From positions 325-64,324 of the forward strand of contig MHKF01000018.1 in NCBI GenBank assembly GCA_001818315.1: DNA of 64,000 nucleotides, given 5' to 3'. Source of the stretch: Candidatus Kerfeldbacteria bacterium RIFCSPLOWO2_02_FULL_42_19. GTDB lineage: Bacteria > Patescibacteriota > Patescibacteriia > HO2-48-17. The notes under the pieces are model-generated. The model searched no databases, was not told the DNA's origin, and worked only from the letters and a program-made list of their open reading frames with translations. Below are positions 1 to 9,290 of the stretch, piece after piece. Both the position numbers and the translations under genes were made by a program. Every line of letters begins with the position of its first letter. Position 1 is the first letter of the stretch.

Positions 1-58
1 TCATCAACCGTGTGATCGACGGCATGGATTTTTTTTTATTGAAACAACGTATTCAATC

Positions 59-1276
59 ATGGGTCAGCATGCGTATCACCCCAAGATGCTTCTGAAGGTT
101 TTCGTCTATGGATATTCTCTTGGTATTCGCAGCTCTCGAAAACTTGAGAATAGATTGAAAGAAGATATTGTTTTCATGTGGCTGTCGGGAAGACAAACGC
201 CTGATTTTCGAACTATCGCAGATTTCAAAAAAGCGAAGTTGGTTGATGTAAAAAGAGTCTTTCTAGAAGTGCTGGGGCTGTGCCAAGCATTGGGGATGGT
301 GAAGATCGGAAAGGTATCATTGAATGGGACCACTTTTCGAGCCGATGCTTCGGGAAACAAAATGCGCTATCGAAAGACTCTCATCAAAAACAAAGCTGTT
401 CTGGAACAACGCGTGGATGATATTTTCGTTGAAGCTGAACGCATCGATCGAGAAGAGGAAAAACTTTTGGGGAACAGGACAGAGCATACGACGGGAATAG
501 ACGCAAAGGAGATACAAAAGAAACTCAACCAAATGAGAAAGAGAAAAGAAACCCTCCAGAGAAACAAACAAAAATTACAAGCAAGAACATCCGACCTGTG
601 CCAGAAGTTGCGAACCATGCGGAAAGATCGTAACTCCATGAGTAGCACGGACAAAGATGCCACGATGATGCTCATGAAAGAAGGACATATTGCTCCAGGA
701 TACAACGCACAAGTTGCCAGTGAACATCAGGTGATTCTTGCCTATGATATTTCCTCAAACAGAAATGATCAGAGACTTTTACGATCCATGGTCAAAGCAG
801 TAAACAACAATACGGGAAAGAATCCGGATATACTCATTGCTGATGCTGGGTACGGAAACAAAATGAATTACCGCTTTCTGAAAAATCAAAAGATCACCTC
901 CTTCATTCCATACAACACTTTTAACAAAGAGATGGTGGAAAGGAGAAAAGGAGTGTATCAGCGCCCGAAAGAGGTGGATACGGAACTGGAAGGATACCAT
1001 GCTCGACAACGAATGCGACTTTTATCAGATGAAGGGAAAGCTATGATGAGACGAAGAAGAGAAGACATTGAACCAACGTTCGGGGACATCAAACGAAATA
1101 TGAACTTCAGGACTTTCCACCTCAGAGGTAAACCCAAATGCCTCACGGAGTTGGGACTCGTGAGTATTGGGCATAATCTTAAAAAGATGAAACATTGGGT
1201 AAAAAGATTGGCAGAATACGGGGATGGCAGACAAAAAGGAATAGACTTGGGAACAATCTTGGGGCATGTGTCCTAA
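59..1276 (+). CDS. IS1182-family (IS5-superfamily-like) DDE transposase
   Basis: N-terminal 'HPKMLLKVFVYGYSLGIRSSRKLE' matches the transposase InsH/DUF772 N-domain. A central K/R/Q-rich coiled-coil segment is typical of IS1182. C-terminal DDE-like motifs 'ILIADAGYGN' and '...EDIEPTFGDIKRNMNF'. No clean terminal inverted repeats found by eye. Confidence 0.7.
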   Translation: MGQHAYHPKMLLKVFVYGYSLGIRSSRKLENRLKEDIVFMWLSGRQTPDFRTIADFKKAKLVDVKRVFLEVLGLCQALGMVKIGKVSLNGTTFRADASGNKMRYRKTLIKNKAVLEQRVDDIFVEAERIDREEEKLLGNRTEHTTGIDAKEIQKKLNQMRKRKETLQRNKQKLQARTSDLCQKLRTMRKDRNSMSSTDKDATMMLMKEGHIAPGYNAQVASEHQVILAYDISSNRNDQRLLRSMVKAVNNNTGKNPDILIADAGYGNKMNYRFLKNQKITSFIPYNTFNKEMVERRKGVYQRPKEVDTELEGYHARQRMRLLSDEGKAMMRRRREDIEPTFGDIKRNMNFRTFHLRGKPKCLTELGLVSIGHNLKKMKHWVKRLAEYGDGRQKGIDLGTILGHVS

Positions 1277-1324
1277 GAAAGGACATATACCTGAAGATTG
1301 TCTCGTAAAGATTCTCACTGAATG

Positions 1325-1875
1325 TTATTGAAAAGAGTTCTCGGACAGTCTGAGGAATGCGTCGCCCGGAGAAATACAAGGGTACTCCCTTGTATTTCTG
1401 AGGCCTCTTCTGTCATGATTTGTGCATGACTGAATATTGGGTTGGATCATCCACAAAACATAGAATAGTCACTCATCTGGTCTTTTGTCCCAAGTACAGA
1501 AGAAGAGTATTGATAGGCAAAATAGCCAAGAGAATAGAACAGTTATTCATCCAATGCTGCCAGATGAACAAATGGCAGATATATGAGTTAGGCTTTGATA
1601 AAGACCACTTACATCTGATTATTCAAACCCCACCCAGTGAGTCTTTAGCCCAGGTGGTACAACTGCTCAAAGGAGGGAGTAGTCGTGTCATACGACAAGA
1701 GTACCCAGATCTGGACGAATTTCTCTGGGGAGATAGCTTTTTGGAGCGATGGCTATTTTTCCGAAAGTATCGGTACCAAGAATGAAACAGTGATGAGAGC
1801 GTATGTAAAGCGTCAAAACAAATCATGACATAGGAGCAAAAGCCCCGCCTTTTAGGGCGGAGATTCTGTTACTTC
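1325..1875 (+). mobile_element. IS200-type element (tnpA only, no tnpB) bounded by subterminal hairpins
   Basis: Left hairpin agaaatacaaggg-tact-cccttgtatttct, then the TnpA ORF, then right hairpin gccccgcc-tttta-gggcgg. Boundaries are approximate. Confidence 0.45.
1420..1785 (+). CDS. tnpA: IS200/IS605-family Y1 (HuH) transposase TnpA
   Basis: 121 aa with 'HLVFCPKYRRRVL', HuH motif 'HLHLII', and C-terminal Tyr region 'RKYRYQE'. A perfect 13-bp subterminal hairpin lies upstream (about 1349-1378) and a GC hairpin downstream (about 1843-1866). Confidence 0.8.
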   Translation: MCMTEYWVGSSTKHRIVTHLVFCPKYRRRVLIGKIAKRIEQLFIQCCQMNKWQIYELGFDKDHLHLIIQTPPSESLAQVVQLLKGGSSRVIRQEYPDLDEFLWGDSFLERWLFFRKYRYQE

Positions 1876-2049
1876 CTTCTTTTGTTTTGCCTTGAAGCGT
1901 AGATAAAAACACTGTAGTTTGTACGGCACCAGGTAAAGCAGCTGCTGTAAAACCAATAATGAATAAAGAAATAAATGTAGACATAAGTGTAAGCGAATTG
2001 ATTAAGATGTAGCCCTACCACTAGTTATAGCAGTAGGGCTACTCATGAG

Positions 2050-2976
2050 TTAGAAGATAATTGGTTCGCGGGGTGAGCGTGGAAACAACACAACTTGTTC
2101 CATGGTTCGAATACCCGTTAAATAGCGCAGTAAGCGTTGTAAACCAAAACCAGCACCGGCGGTTTGCGGAATTAGTTTCTCTTTGGCCAAATCAAGATAT
2201 ATTTCATAAGCTGACTTGTCCATATGACGTTCATCCATTTTACGAATAATAGTTTCGTAATCATTTTCTCGTTCGCCACCGCTTAATCCCTCTTCAAACC
2301 CTTCAGGGTAGATTAAATCATAGTTGATAAAACATCCTGGTGTTGTTGGATCTTCTTTGTCATAGAATTCACGATAGAAGCTTTCTAACCAAAATGGCGT
2401 GGTCATAGTTTTGCTCAAAATGGCTTCGAAATCATCACCGTATTTCTGTTTCATTTCATCAGTTGATAAACGCGGAAATGGCATTTTGAGAGTTGGTAAT
2501 GTTCTACCTAAAAATGTAAGTTCATGTGCACATTTTGTTTTACAAACTTCAGTGATTCTAATTAGCAGATCTTCCATGAGTGTATAAACATCTTCTTTCT
2601 TTCCGCCTTTTATTTCAAAATCAATTTGTTGAAATTCTAACAGATGCCGGCTTTTTGCTTCACTAGATTTTTCCAAGCGTACATTGGGGGAAATAATTAC
2701 AATTTTATCCAGATCGCCTAGTAGAGCAATCTGTTTATGGAAAATCATACTTTTTGTTAGGTGCAAATATTGTGCTTCATATTCTATACTAGCCGGATGA
2801 ACACCATGAGCTAGTGGATCAGTCAGCGGTGCTGTAATCACCGGTGGTAACTCAATAAAATCTCGTTCTCGAAAAAAAGTTTGAATTTCATATAATACTA
2901 ACGATTGTATTTTTAGTACTGCCAACATAGGTTTACTTGACGTATGCTCCATGAGTTGTTTTGTAACTTGTTTCAT
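2050..2976 (-). CDS. AsnA-like / archaeal-type asparagine synthetase A (class-II aaRS catalytic-core paralog without anticodon-binding domain)
   Basis: 308 aa. Class-II motif-1-like 'FRERDFIELPPVITA', motif-3-like 'GAGFGLQRLLRYLTG'. Too short for a full AsnRS/AspRS. Confidence 0.5.
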   Translation of the reverse strand: MKQVTKQLMEHTSSKPMLAVLKIQSLVLYEIQTFFRERDFIELPPVITAPLTDPLAHGVHPASIEYEAQYLHLTKSMIFHKQIALLGDLDKIVIISPNVRLEKSSEAKSRHLLEFQQIDFEIKGGKKEDVYTLMEDLLIRITEVCKTKCAHELTFLGRTLPTLKMPFPRLSTDEMKQKYGDDFEAILSKTMTTPFWLESFYREFYDKEDPTTPGCFINYDLIYPEGFEEGLSGGERENDYETIIRKMDERHMDKSAYEIYLDLAKEKLIPQTAGAGFGLQRLLRYLTGIRTMEQVVLFPRSPREPIIF

Positions 2977-3514
2977 AAATAGAATTAGTTTAAGTATAAG
3001 ATGTATTGATTGAGATTGTAGTTATATAATGTGGTTGCGAGCCACATTCATTTTAGTTAAAAGTTTTTTCATATTGTCATTAAAATTAAAAAATCCAGCT
3101 ACTTGGCTGGTTTATATTTTTAATTAAGTTATGGATTCAATATTATTAAAATATGGCCAGCCGTTGGAAGTGGTTATTTTGATTATTATTATTTTGGCTG
3201 GTAAATCTGTATTGCATATGATTTAGAGCTAGTATATACTCTTAACACATCTTGTCAATGAGCGTTGTGGAAAAACAATACTGAAGTTTAAGTAAAGTAA
3301 AAAACAGCAGCAGGGCGCGCGGCGGAGTTCCTCCCCGCACCCCTCCTTCCACCGCGCCTAATTAGCATTCGAATATTGAGTAAAATACGTTCGAATTTCG
3401 TCGTAAGTAGTCAGCCATAAAACTAGATACGAACTCTGAGTTTTGAGATGAGAGGGTTCGCTCACCCAGCCCCGCCATCTCCTTTAGACTCCTGGCCGGT
3501 TTCTTTTATGAATT

Positions 3515-4543
3515 TTGTTTAACTTGATAATTCCGCGTCAGCTTGCTGCGAGGAGGGAAGTAGAGCATTTCGAGGATAATACAAGATTCAATATGATTTT
3601 TGATAAGGTTTTCGTTGGGCCCTCTCGCATATCAGGCAAAGGTTTGCTTGCGCGACGCGATCTTGGTAAAGATGAGATAATTTTTCGTTTGCAAGGTCCT
3701 GTCATTCGATATAATTTTTCTCCGGACTATCGACTTGGGCCACACTGGATCAATGTTGGAGAAAATACGTGGATCATACCGACCGCGCAGGTCCCATGGC
3801 GATACATTAATCACAGCTGCACTCCTAATAGTGGACTTTGCGATCGACGTCAGGTGGTGGCTATGCGCCGCATAAGAAAAAATGAAGAAGTCACGATTGA
3901 TTATTCCTGCACTGAATCTTTTGCTTCATGGAAGATGAAGTGCTGTTGTGGTTTAAAGGATTGCCGTCGTGTGATACGCAGTGTGCAGTTTCTTCCGGAT
4001 GAGCTGTTTAGAAAATATCACGATTACATTCCTTCTTTTTTACGTAAGGTTTATGAGCAGCAAAAATTTTACGTCTTTTCTTCCAACCAGAAAAAGGGCG
4101 TATTTGCGAAGCATTTCCTTCCGAGCGGAACATATATTTTCACCGTTGAAGGGCCGGTGATTCATTATCCTTATCGACCGCATTCACTCACTGGTCCATT
4201 GTGGTTGGCTGTGAATGAAAAGTCATGGATCGTGCCGCTGAAAAATAATCCGTGGTGCTTTATGCATCATTCTTGTAGTGGCAACACCGGTCTGATTCGA
4301 AGAAACAGGATTGTTGCTTTGAAAGATATTGCCAAAGATGAAGAAATTACTATTGACGATTCTATTACCGAAGCCGATCTTTCGTGGAGAGAGAAATGCT
4401 CTTGCGGAAGTCATCAATGTCGCAAAATCGTTCGCAGCATTCAATTTCTTCCAGAGCATATTTATCAAAGTTATTTGCCTTATATCCCAACGTATTTACA
4501 AAAAGTCCATGCGTCTTTTCAAAAGCATGTTGATCGTGTGTGA
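3515..4543 (+). CDS. Tandem double SET-domain protein (two SET + post-SET Cys clusters)
   Basis: Two repeats each carry a GxG-type motif ('ISGKGLLARRDLGKDEII' / 'KKGVFAKHFLPSGTYIF'), 'NHSCTPN' / 'HHSCSGN', 'EEVTIDYS' / 'EEITIDDS', and post-SET 'CCCGLKDCR' / 'CSCGSHQCR'. The track start is TTG; the true start is more likely the ATG at about 3592 (MIFDKVFVGP). Confidence 0.65.
   Translation: MFNLIIPRQLAARREVEHFEDNTRFNMIFDKVFVGPSRISGKGLLARRDLGKDEIIFRLQGPVIRYNFSPDYRLGPHWINVGENTWIIPTAQVPWRYINHSCTPNSGLCDRRQVVAMRRIRKNEEVTIDYSCTESFASWKMKCCCGLKDCRRVIRSVQFLPDELFRKYHDYIPSFLRKVYEQQKFYVFSSNQKKGVFAKHFLPSGTYIFTVEGPVIHYPYRPHSLTGPLWLAVNEKSWIVPLKNNPWCFMHHSCSGNTGLIRRNRIVALKDIAKDEEITIDDSITEADLSWREKCSCGSHQCRKIVRSIQFLPEHIYQSYLPYIPTYLQKVHASFQKHVDRV
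3516..3550 (+). promoter_or_regulatory. Conserved 35-nt noncoding motif, copy 1 (tgtttaacttgataattccgcgtcagcttgctgcg)
   Basis: About 30/34 identical to 28858-28892. Lies just upstream of the probable ATG of the SET gene. Confidence 0.3.
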
Positions 4544-4644
4544 GTACCTATTGCTGTTTTTTTTCAGTCTCTCCATCGATATGCAGGTTTACCTTTTGAT
4601 GAGAAAATATTATTATGAATATAGACGAGATTTAAAAACATGTC

Positions 4645-5520
4645 ATGAACACAAAAATATTCTTTTTCATTCTTCTATCCTCTCTTGTCATCTATCTTGG
4701 GTGCTCAAAAAATCCATCGAATAATACAAAAGCAGATGTCTTAAAAGTAAACACGAATGCAACAGCGAAAGCGAAGCAAACGAATTCCTCATCTTCAATC
4801 GCTGGCACGTATCGTTGTTGGCATTATGAAATTAACGACGCACCTGTCGAAGCCAGCTGTCGAACATTCGCTCCACTTGTTCTGAATGCTGACGGAACGT
4901 ATAATCTATCTTCGGAAAGAGGTACGTATACTCTTACGGACGACCAGTTGATTCTTTCGGAATCAAAACTTCGAGGTCCCGGAACACTTCTCGAAAATGG
5001 AGAGCAGATTATGTTTGAATATACCGTTGGTGACCAAGATCAGCGTATCACGTATTTGAGAGATCAGGGTTCTGGAACTAGCAGTCAAGCCACTGATGTA
5101 AATATCATTACTGTCGATCTCTCAGTTGCTTTTGCAGAAGACGATGGTCGTGTGGGTTGGATTAATGTTATGAAGTTAGTCTCCGAAGACAACGGATTAC
5201 AATATGAAACACTTGCTACGGCAGATGAATCCGATGTCGTGAGTGCGCGTTTTTATGAAGTACAAGTTGATTCTATGTACACAGCTTATGCTTCAACCGG
5301 CACTGATGAATTCGTTGTTGGCACTGTCGATTTGCAGAATGTTGATACAACGGAATCGGTGATACCCATAGATCTTACGTTTCCGGCAGAAGGTTCGAGT
5401 ACGAATGTGAATGTCGGTACGGACGAAAATCTTAACAGTGATGATCCTGAAGAAGAGCCAGTCTTTTATTATGAATTTGGTCCGGGTAGAGAAGAAAATC
5501 CTGGTGGACCAGAATATTAA
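4645..5520 (+). CDS. Secreted lipoprotein, function unknown
   Basis: Signal peptide with lipobox 'YLGCSK'. Acidic, Thr-rich mature region. Confidence 0.5.
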   Translation: MNTKIFFFILLSSLVIYLGCSKNPSNNTKADVLKVNTNATAKAKQTNSSSSIAGTYRCWHYEINDAPVEASCRTFAPLVLNADGTYNLSSERGTYTLTDDQLILSESKLRGPGTLLENGEQIMFEYTVGDQDQRITYLRDQGSGTSSQATDVNIITVDLSVAFAEDDGRVGWINVMKLVSEDNGLQYETLATADESDVVSARFYEVQVDSMYTAYASTGTDEFVVGTVDLQNVDTTESVIPIDLTFPAEGSSTNVNVGTDENLNSDDPEEEPVFYYEFGPGREENPGGPEY

Positions 5521-5540
5521 TATCTGTAATATTCAATAGT

Positions 5541-5945
5541 ATGCAACTATCTCTTTTTATACTTTTAGTTCTTTCTGCATTGGGTATTGTGAATACCGCG
5601 TATCTTGTGTCGCATGTCTTCAACAAGCGGCCCGTTAAATGTTTATTTTTTCCACCAGAATGGTGTCATAAAGTTCAGTTTAGCCGCTACAGTAGAACTT
5701 TTGGCATTCCTAATTCCTTTATGGGGATATCTTTGTATCTCTTTATCTTTATCTTCGCTTTGATGTTTTTTGTTGGTTTTGTTCCTTTGTGGCCTATAAC
5801 CGTTGCAGTGACGATAGGATTTTTATTTTCACTCTATTTTACTATTATTCAAGCATTTGTTTTGAAGGCATTCTGTACGTGGTGTGTATTTTCCGCGCTT
5901 GATTTTACGTTGTTGTTTATTATTATTTTTTTCGTCGGAGTGTGA
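5541..5945 (+). CDS. VKOR-like small integral membrane thiol-oxidoreductase (tentative)
   Basis: 134 aa with 4 TM segments. Loop Cys pair 'KCLFFPPEWCH' and intramembrane 'CTWC' resemble VKOR CXXC. Confidence 0.4.
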   Translation: MQLSLFILLVLSALGIVNTAYLVSHVFNKRPVKCLFFPPEWCHKVQFSRYSRTFGIPNSFMGISLYLFIFIFALMFFVGFVPLWPITVAVTIGFLFSLYFTIIQAFVLKAFCTWCVFSALDFTLLFIIIFFVGV

Positions 5946-6092
5946 AGGTCTGTTCCCACCTACTTTTTTTGTGTAATGTGAAAGCAAAAGAGGAGGCGGA
6001 CGAGAGCTTACGCAGCACTAACAATGCACTGTGTACTGAGAAAGTGCTTATCTTCCTCCTGCTTTTATGATCAAAATTATTCAGCGGCAAGT
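5946..6092. repeat. MITE-like palindromic element, copy 1 (degenerate arms + internal palindrome)
   Basis: Arms ggtctgttcc... / ...attcagcggcaagtc. Core aaaagaggaggcgg...ctgagaaagtgc...cctcctgctttt. Confidence 0.5.
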
Positions 6093-7244
6093 CTATTTTT
6101 CGTTGAATTCGCCGAGGATCTTTTCGCTGATTTTAATAAGGTCTTCAACTGCCGCTTCTTGGTTCAACACATCGAAAGGTGAAAGAATGCTGATGTCTAC
6201 AACGAAGCGTCCTTGTGCGGATTGAATTTCCGCAAGTGTTTCTTGCGCTAACCCATCAGCTTCGCTATCAATAGATTCTGGAAGTTCTATTTCTGAGCTT
6301 TGTACCGATTCGTCAGCCGCAACCCCGGTTTTGAGTAATTCGCTTTGGTAGGCGCTTGCGAGTTCCGGTGTTTTGAATTCTAAAATCACAATTTCTATTG
6401 CTTCTTTAGGACGTTTATTGACTTGAAAACGCGCGAGTCCACCAGATTGAAAACCCTCGAACGTATCGTTTTCAAAATCACGTGAAGTGCCGAGCCAATC
6501 GCTTCCTTCAACTTTTGCTGTACCAAGATAAGTAGTGTCAGCGACGGTTTTTGGCAGTTTTCGCATAGCAATATTTTGTGGTTCGTTTGAAAAGCGTTCA
6601 AATCCATTCAGAACCCGTTTGATTCTCTCTAGTTGTTTTGCTGCAAGTTTCTCGGCAAATGGTAAGAGTTCTTTTTCTCCTTCATCAGCACTTGTAATAG
6701 CATTATTTCTATCAAAGACTTGGATTTTTGCCGCTACGGTCGCTTGTGTAAGGCGATACGTTACATTCGCTGGATCAAACTCATTTGCTTCTTGGAAATA
6801 TACAATGCTTGATTCGCCGTATTGTTTTTGGGGTGTTAATTTTGTTTCACCTTCAGATTTTACTGTAACGAAATTTTTTGCTTCTTCGCGCGAATTGAAA
6901 CTGACAATCGCATTGCCAGCAAAGATGTTGCCTGTTTTTCGATCAATAATTGCTCTTCCGATGACACTTTTAAACGGCGCTCCCTTTTCTTCTGGCTCCA
7001 TGTGGTCATTGAATTCAATTAACTGGGTACGAATCTCTCCTTGACTATCTGTTGCTTCAGCAATTTCTTTTTCTGTGAGTATCGCAAGCGCCCAGTCGCT
7101 ATCTTGAATTTTGCTTGTTTGTGGATTTTTCTGGAACCAAAAGTACAGTGCTACGGCGATGAGAATACCACCTGCTAAGCTGAGGGCGAATATGACGTAC
7201 CATTTTTTTAAAGCTGCTTGTGAGTATGTATTTTTTGTTGGCAT
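6093..7244 (-). CDS. Membrane-anchored hypothetical protein
   Basis: N-terminal TM 'YVIFALSLAGGILIAVALYFWF'. Acidic extracytoplasmic domain. The stop abuts a MITE-like repeat. Confidence 0.45.
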   Translation of the reverse strand: MPTKNTYSQAALKKWYVIFALSLAGGILIAVALYFWFQKNPQTSKIQDSDWALAILTEKEIAEATDSQGEIRTQLIEFNDHMEPEEKGAPFKSVIGRAIIDRKTGNIFAGNAIVSFNSREEAKNFVTVKSEGETKLTPQKQYGESSIVYFQEANEFDPANVTYRLTQATVAAKIQVFDRNNAITSADEGEKELLPFAEKLAAKQLERIKRVLNGFERFSNEPQNIAMRKLPKTVADTTYLGTAKVEGSDWLGTSRDFENDTFEGFQSGGLARFQVNKRPKEAIEIVILEFKTPELASAYQSELLKTGVAADESVQSSEIELPESIDSEADGLAQETLAEIQSAQGRFVVDISILSPFDVLNQEAAVEDLIKISEKILGEFNEK

Positions 7245-7312
7245 ATTTTGTATTATGAATTTTTATACTTTTTTCCCTACATTCTTCCTTAACGTAGGAT
7301 AATTTATTCTGT

Positions 7313-7930
7313 TTATTGTATTTTTAATGATTGAAGAATTTTTTCGCCCGTAGCGCTTTCCTCTGCATAATTATCGAGTTTCCCTGTAAATGAGATAATA
7401 TAGGCCTTGTTGTTTTTGACTGCCCATGCTTGTTTGATTTTTGTTTGAAAGTTCTTTCCGTCTTTTGTGAAGTCTTCCCCAGTTGCAGTATAGGTGAGTG
7501 TGTATCCCGGTACCCCATTGATTGTTGTATTTTTTGATTCGAGAATTTCTATCTCCCAATCGAGGATGTCGAGGTTTTCGAGAGCCGCTTCTGTATATTC
7601 GTCGAGTGTGACAGGATTCTCAGAGAGATCTTCCACTGTAAATGTCACATTCGTACCGTTTTCCATAGCAAAACCTACAATGCCTCCTTCTAATGCTTGT
7701 TGTTCCCAAGATGAAGGATATTCAAAACTTACACCATTCGCAGCGTCTTCGTATGTACTCCAAGTCTCTTTGGACGTGGATGTTGATGTCTTCTTTATGT
7801 CGCTATTTTGATTATTTTCACTTTCGTCGGCGATACTGAAGAGTTTATAAAAACCAATTACCAGCGCAATAATGATGACGATGATGCTGACTAGTTTTAT
7901 GAGTTTGTTTCGTTCCATTGGGGTATACAT
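7313..7930 (-). CDS. Membrane-anchored hypothetical protein
   Basis: N-terminal TM 'LVSIIVIIIALVIGFY', then a soluble domain. Confidence 0.45.
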   Translation of the reverse strand: MYTPMERNKLIKLVSIIVIIIALVIGFYKLFSIADESENNQNSDIKKTSTSTSKETWSTYEDAANGVSFEYPSSWEQQALEGGIVGFAMENGTNVTFTVEDLSENPVTLDEYTEAALENLDILDWEIEILESKNTTINGVPGYTLTYTATGEDFTKDGKNFQTKIKQAWAVKNNKAYIISFTGKLDNYAEESATGEKILQSLKIQ

Positions 7931-8198
7931 TTAAAGATAAATTTGAGTTTATGAAAATTTTCCGATCAGTCCGGCTGCTCCAAAAGACCTTGAATATATT
8001 TGATTCTTTGATTTTTTCTACTTTTGCTAGTATAGCACAATGAGTTTTTGTTGCATAACATATATTGTTTTTTTATTCGCAGATTGTTTTGCGCTTCACA
8101 TTGTAATTTTTTTTGTTTATACTCGTTGCTATAGACCGACAGTAAGAACACAATCTTTCTGATATTGTTCAAAAATAGGGAAGAAATGGAGGTGTAGG

Positions 8199-8561
8199 AT
8201 GTCAGAAAATTCTCGAAAGTTGCGTGTTAAAGTTTTGTACTATGCCGGTTGTTTGACAGACCAGATGTTGAGGGAGTACGATCTTGTACTGATTCAATCT
8301 GGCGTCGTCACGGGTCCTGCTCCTTATGGAGGAGCAGAATGGGGTCTGGTTCCAGCGTATTTGAAAGAAGGTGCGCTGCTGCCCGATGAAACAATCGTCA
8401 TAGCACAAGATCCTGTGCTCCTGCAGACACTTGTGCAGCATCTGGTTTCTCGAGTAAAGGAGTCTCAGTATTACTCTGCAGGGAGCTCATTCTCCGTCTT
8501 CATGAAGGCTGAAGAATTAGCAGGTTTTACCTCTCCAGCGTTTACACTGGAACTTCACTAA
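8199..8561 (+). CDS. Hypothetical small protein (stand-alone transcription unit)
   Basis: Strong RBS GGAGGTG 5 nt upstream of the ATG. Followed by a hairpin plus T-run terminator. Confidence 0.4.
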   Translation: MSENSRKLRVKVLYYAGCLTDQMLREYDLVLIQSGVVTGPAPYGGAEWGLVPAYLKEGALLPDETIVIAQDPVLLQTLVQHLVSRVKESQYYSAGSSFSVFMKAEELAGFTSPAFTLELH

Positions 8562-8573
8562 GTTCTTTGCTTA

Positions 8574-8606
8574 GGGCTTACCTTCGGGTAAGTCTTCGGC
8601 TTTTTT
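8574..8606 (+). terminator. Rho-independent terminator
   Basis: cttacc-ttcg-ggtaag stem-loop followed by tcttcggcTTTTTT. Confidence 0.5.
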
Positions 8607-8678
8607 GAGAGTAGAAAGAATCCTCTTTTGACATCCTACCAAAGCATTGTAGTATGAAAGAAAGAGTTTTTTGCTTCC

Positions 8679-9290
8679 ATGGCTATTCTTTTTGAACAAC
8701 TTGCTTTTTCAGAACAGATCAGTCTCCTTTTAATTCGATATGGTTTAATCGTTGTTTTTTTTGGCGCTCTTTTTTTTGGTGAGACGGTTATTTTAAGTGC
8801 TGCGTTCCTTTCTGCACAGGGCTTCTGGTCTATTATTTTTGTCTTTCTTCTTGCGTTTTTTGCCACCTTGCTTTCGGATTCCGTATGGTATTTGGTTGGC
8901 AAAAAATCGAATACTGCTTTCCAGAAATTTCGAGAACGCTACGGAGGACGTTTACCTTTGCGTTTTTTTTCACAACACCTGAGTCCGCCTCCGACGCACG
9001 CATTACTCTCTTTGTTGTTTATTAAATTTCTCTACGGCACCCGTATTCTGATGTTGTTGTATTTTGGAAGTCAAAAAGTTTCTTTTCGTTATTTCACTCT
9101 TTTAAATGCTGCGGGTACGTTTCTCTGGCTTGTCACTATTCTCCTTATCGGTTGGCTTGCGGGCCGTGGCTATGATGCTTTGGTACCTGATTTGCAACGA
9201 TTTCAGTATGTCTTTTTAACTCTCATTCTAACGGTGATTGTGATTAAGCTTTTTCTTTCATGGTTAGGAAAATTTCTTCTCAAAAAGTAA
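8679..9290 (+). CDS. DedA/VTT-family membrane protein (tentative)
   Basis: Polytopic. 'FFGALFFGETVILSAAFLSAQG' resembles the DedA/SNARE-associated motif. Confidence 0.4.
   Translation: MAILFEQLAFSEQISLLLIRYGLIVVFFGALFFGETVILSAAFLSAQGFWSIIFVFLLAFFATLLSDSVWYLVGKKSNTAFQKFRERYGGRLPLRFFSQHLSPPPTHALLSLLFIKFLYGTRILMLLYFGSQKVSFRYFTLLNAAGTFLWLVTILLIGWLAGRGYDALVPDLQRFQYVFLTLILTVIVIKLFLSWLGKFLLKK

Noticed and set aside
59-1330. Terminal inverted repeats for the IS1182-family element
   Set aside because: The sequence left of the ORF (1-58) and right of it (1277-1330) share only short 'ttattgaaa' direct similarity. The left end may lie outside the window.
3395-3480. tRNA in the GC-rich intergenic segment (GGTTCG-like T-loop at about 3455)
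   Set aside because: No acceptor/T-stem complementarity could be built on either strand. It is more likely a generic hairpin.
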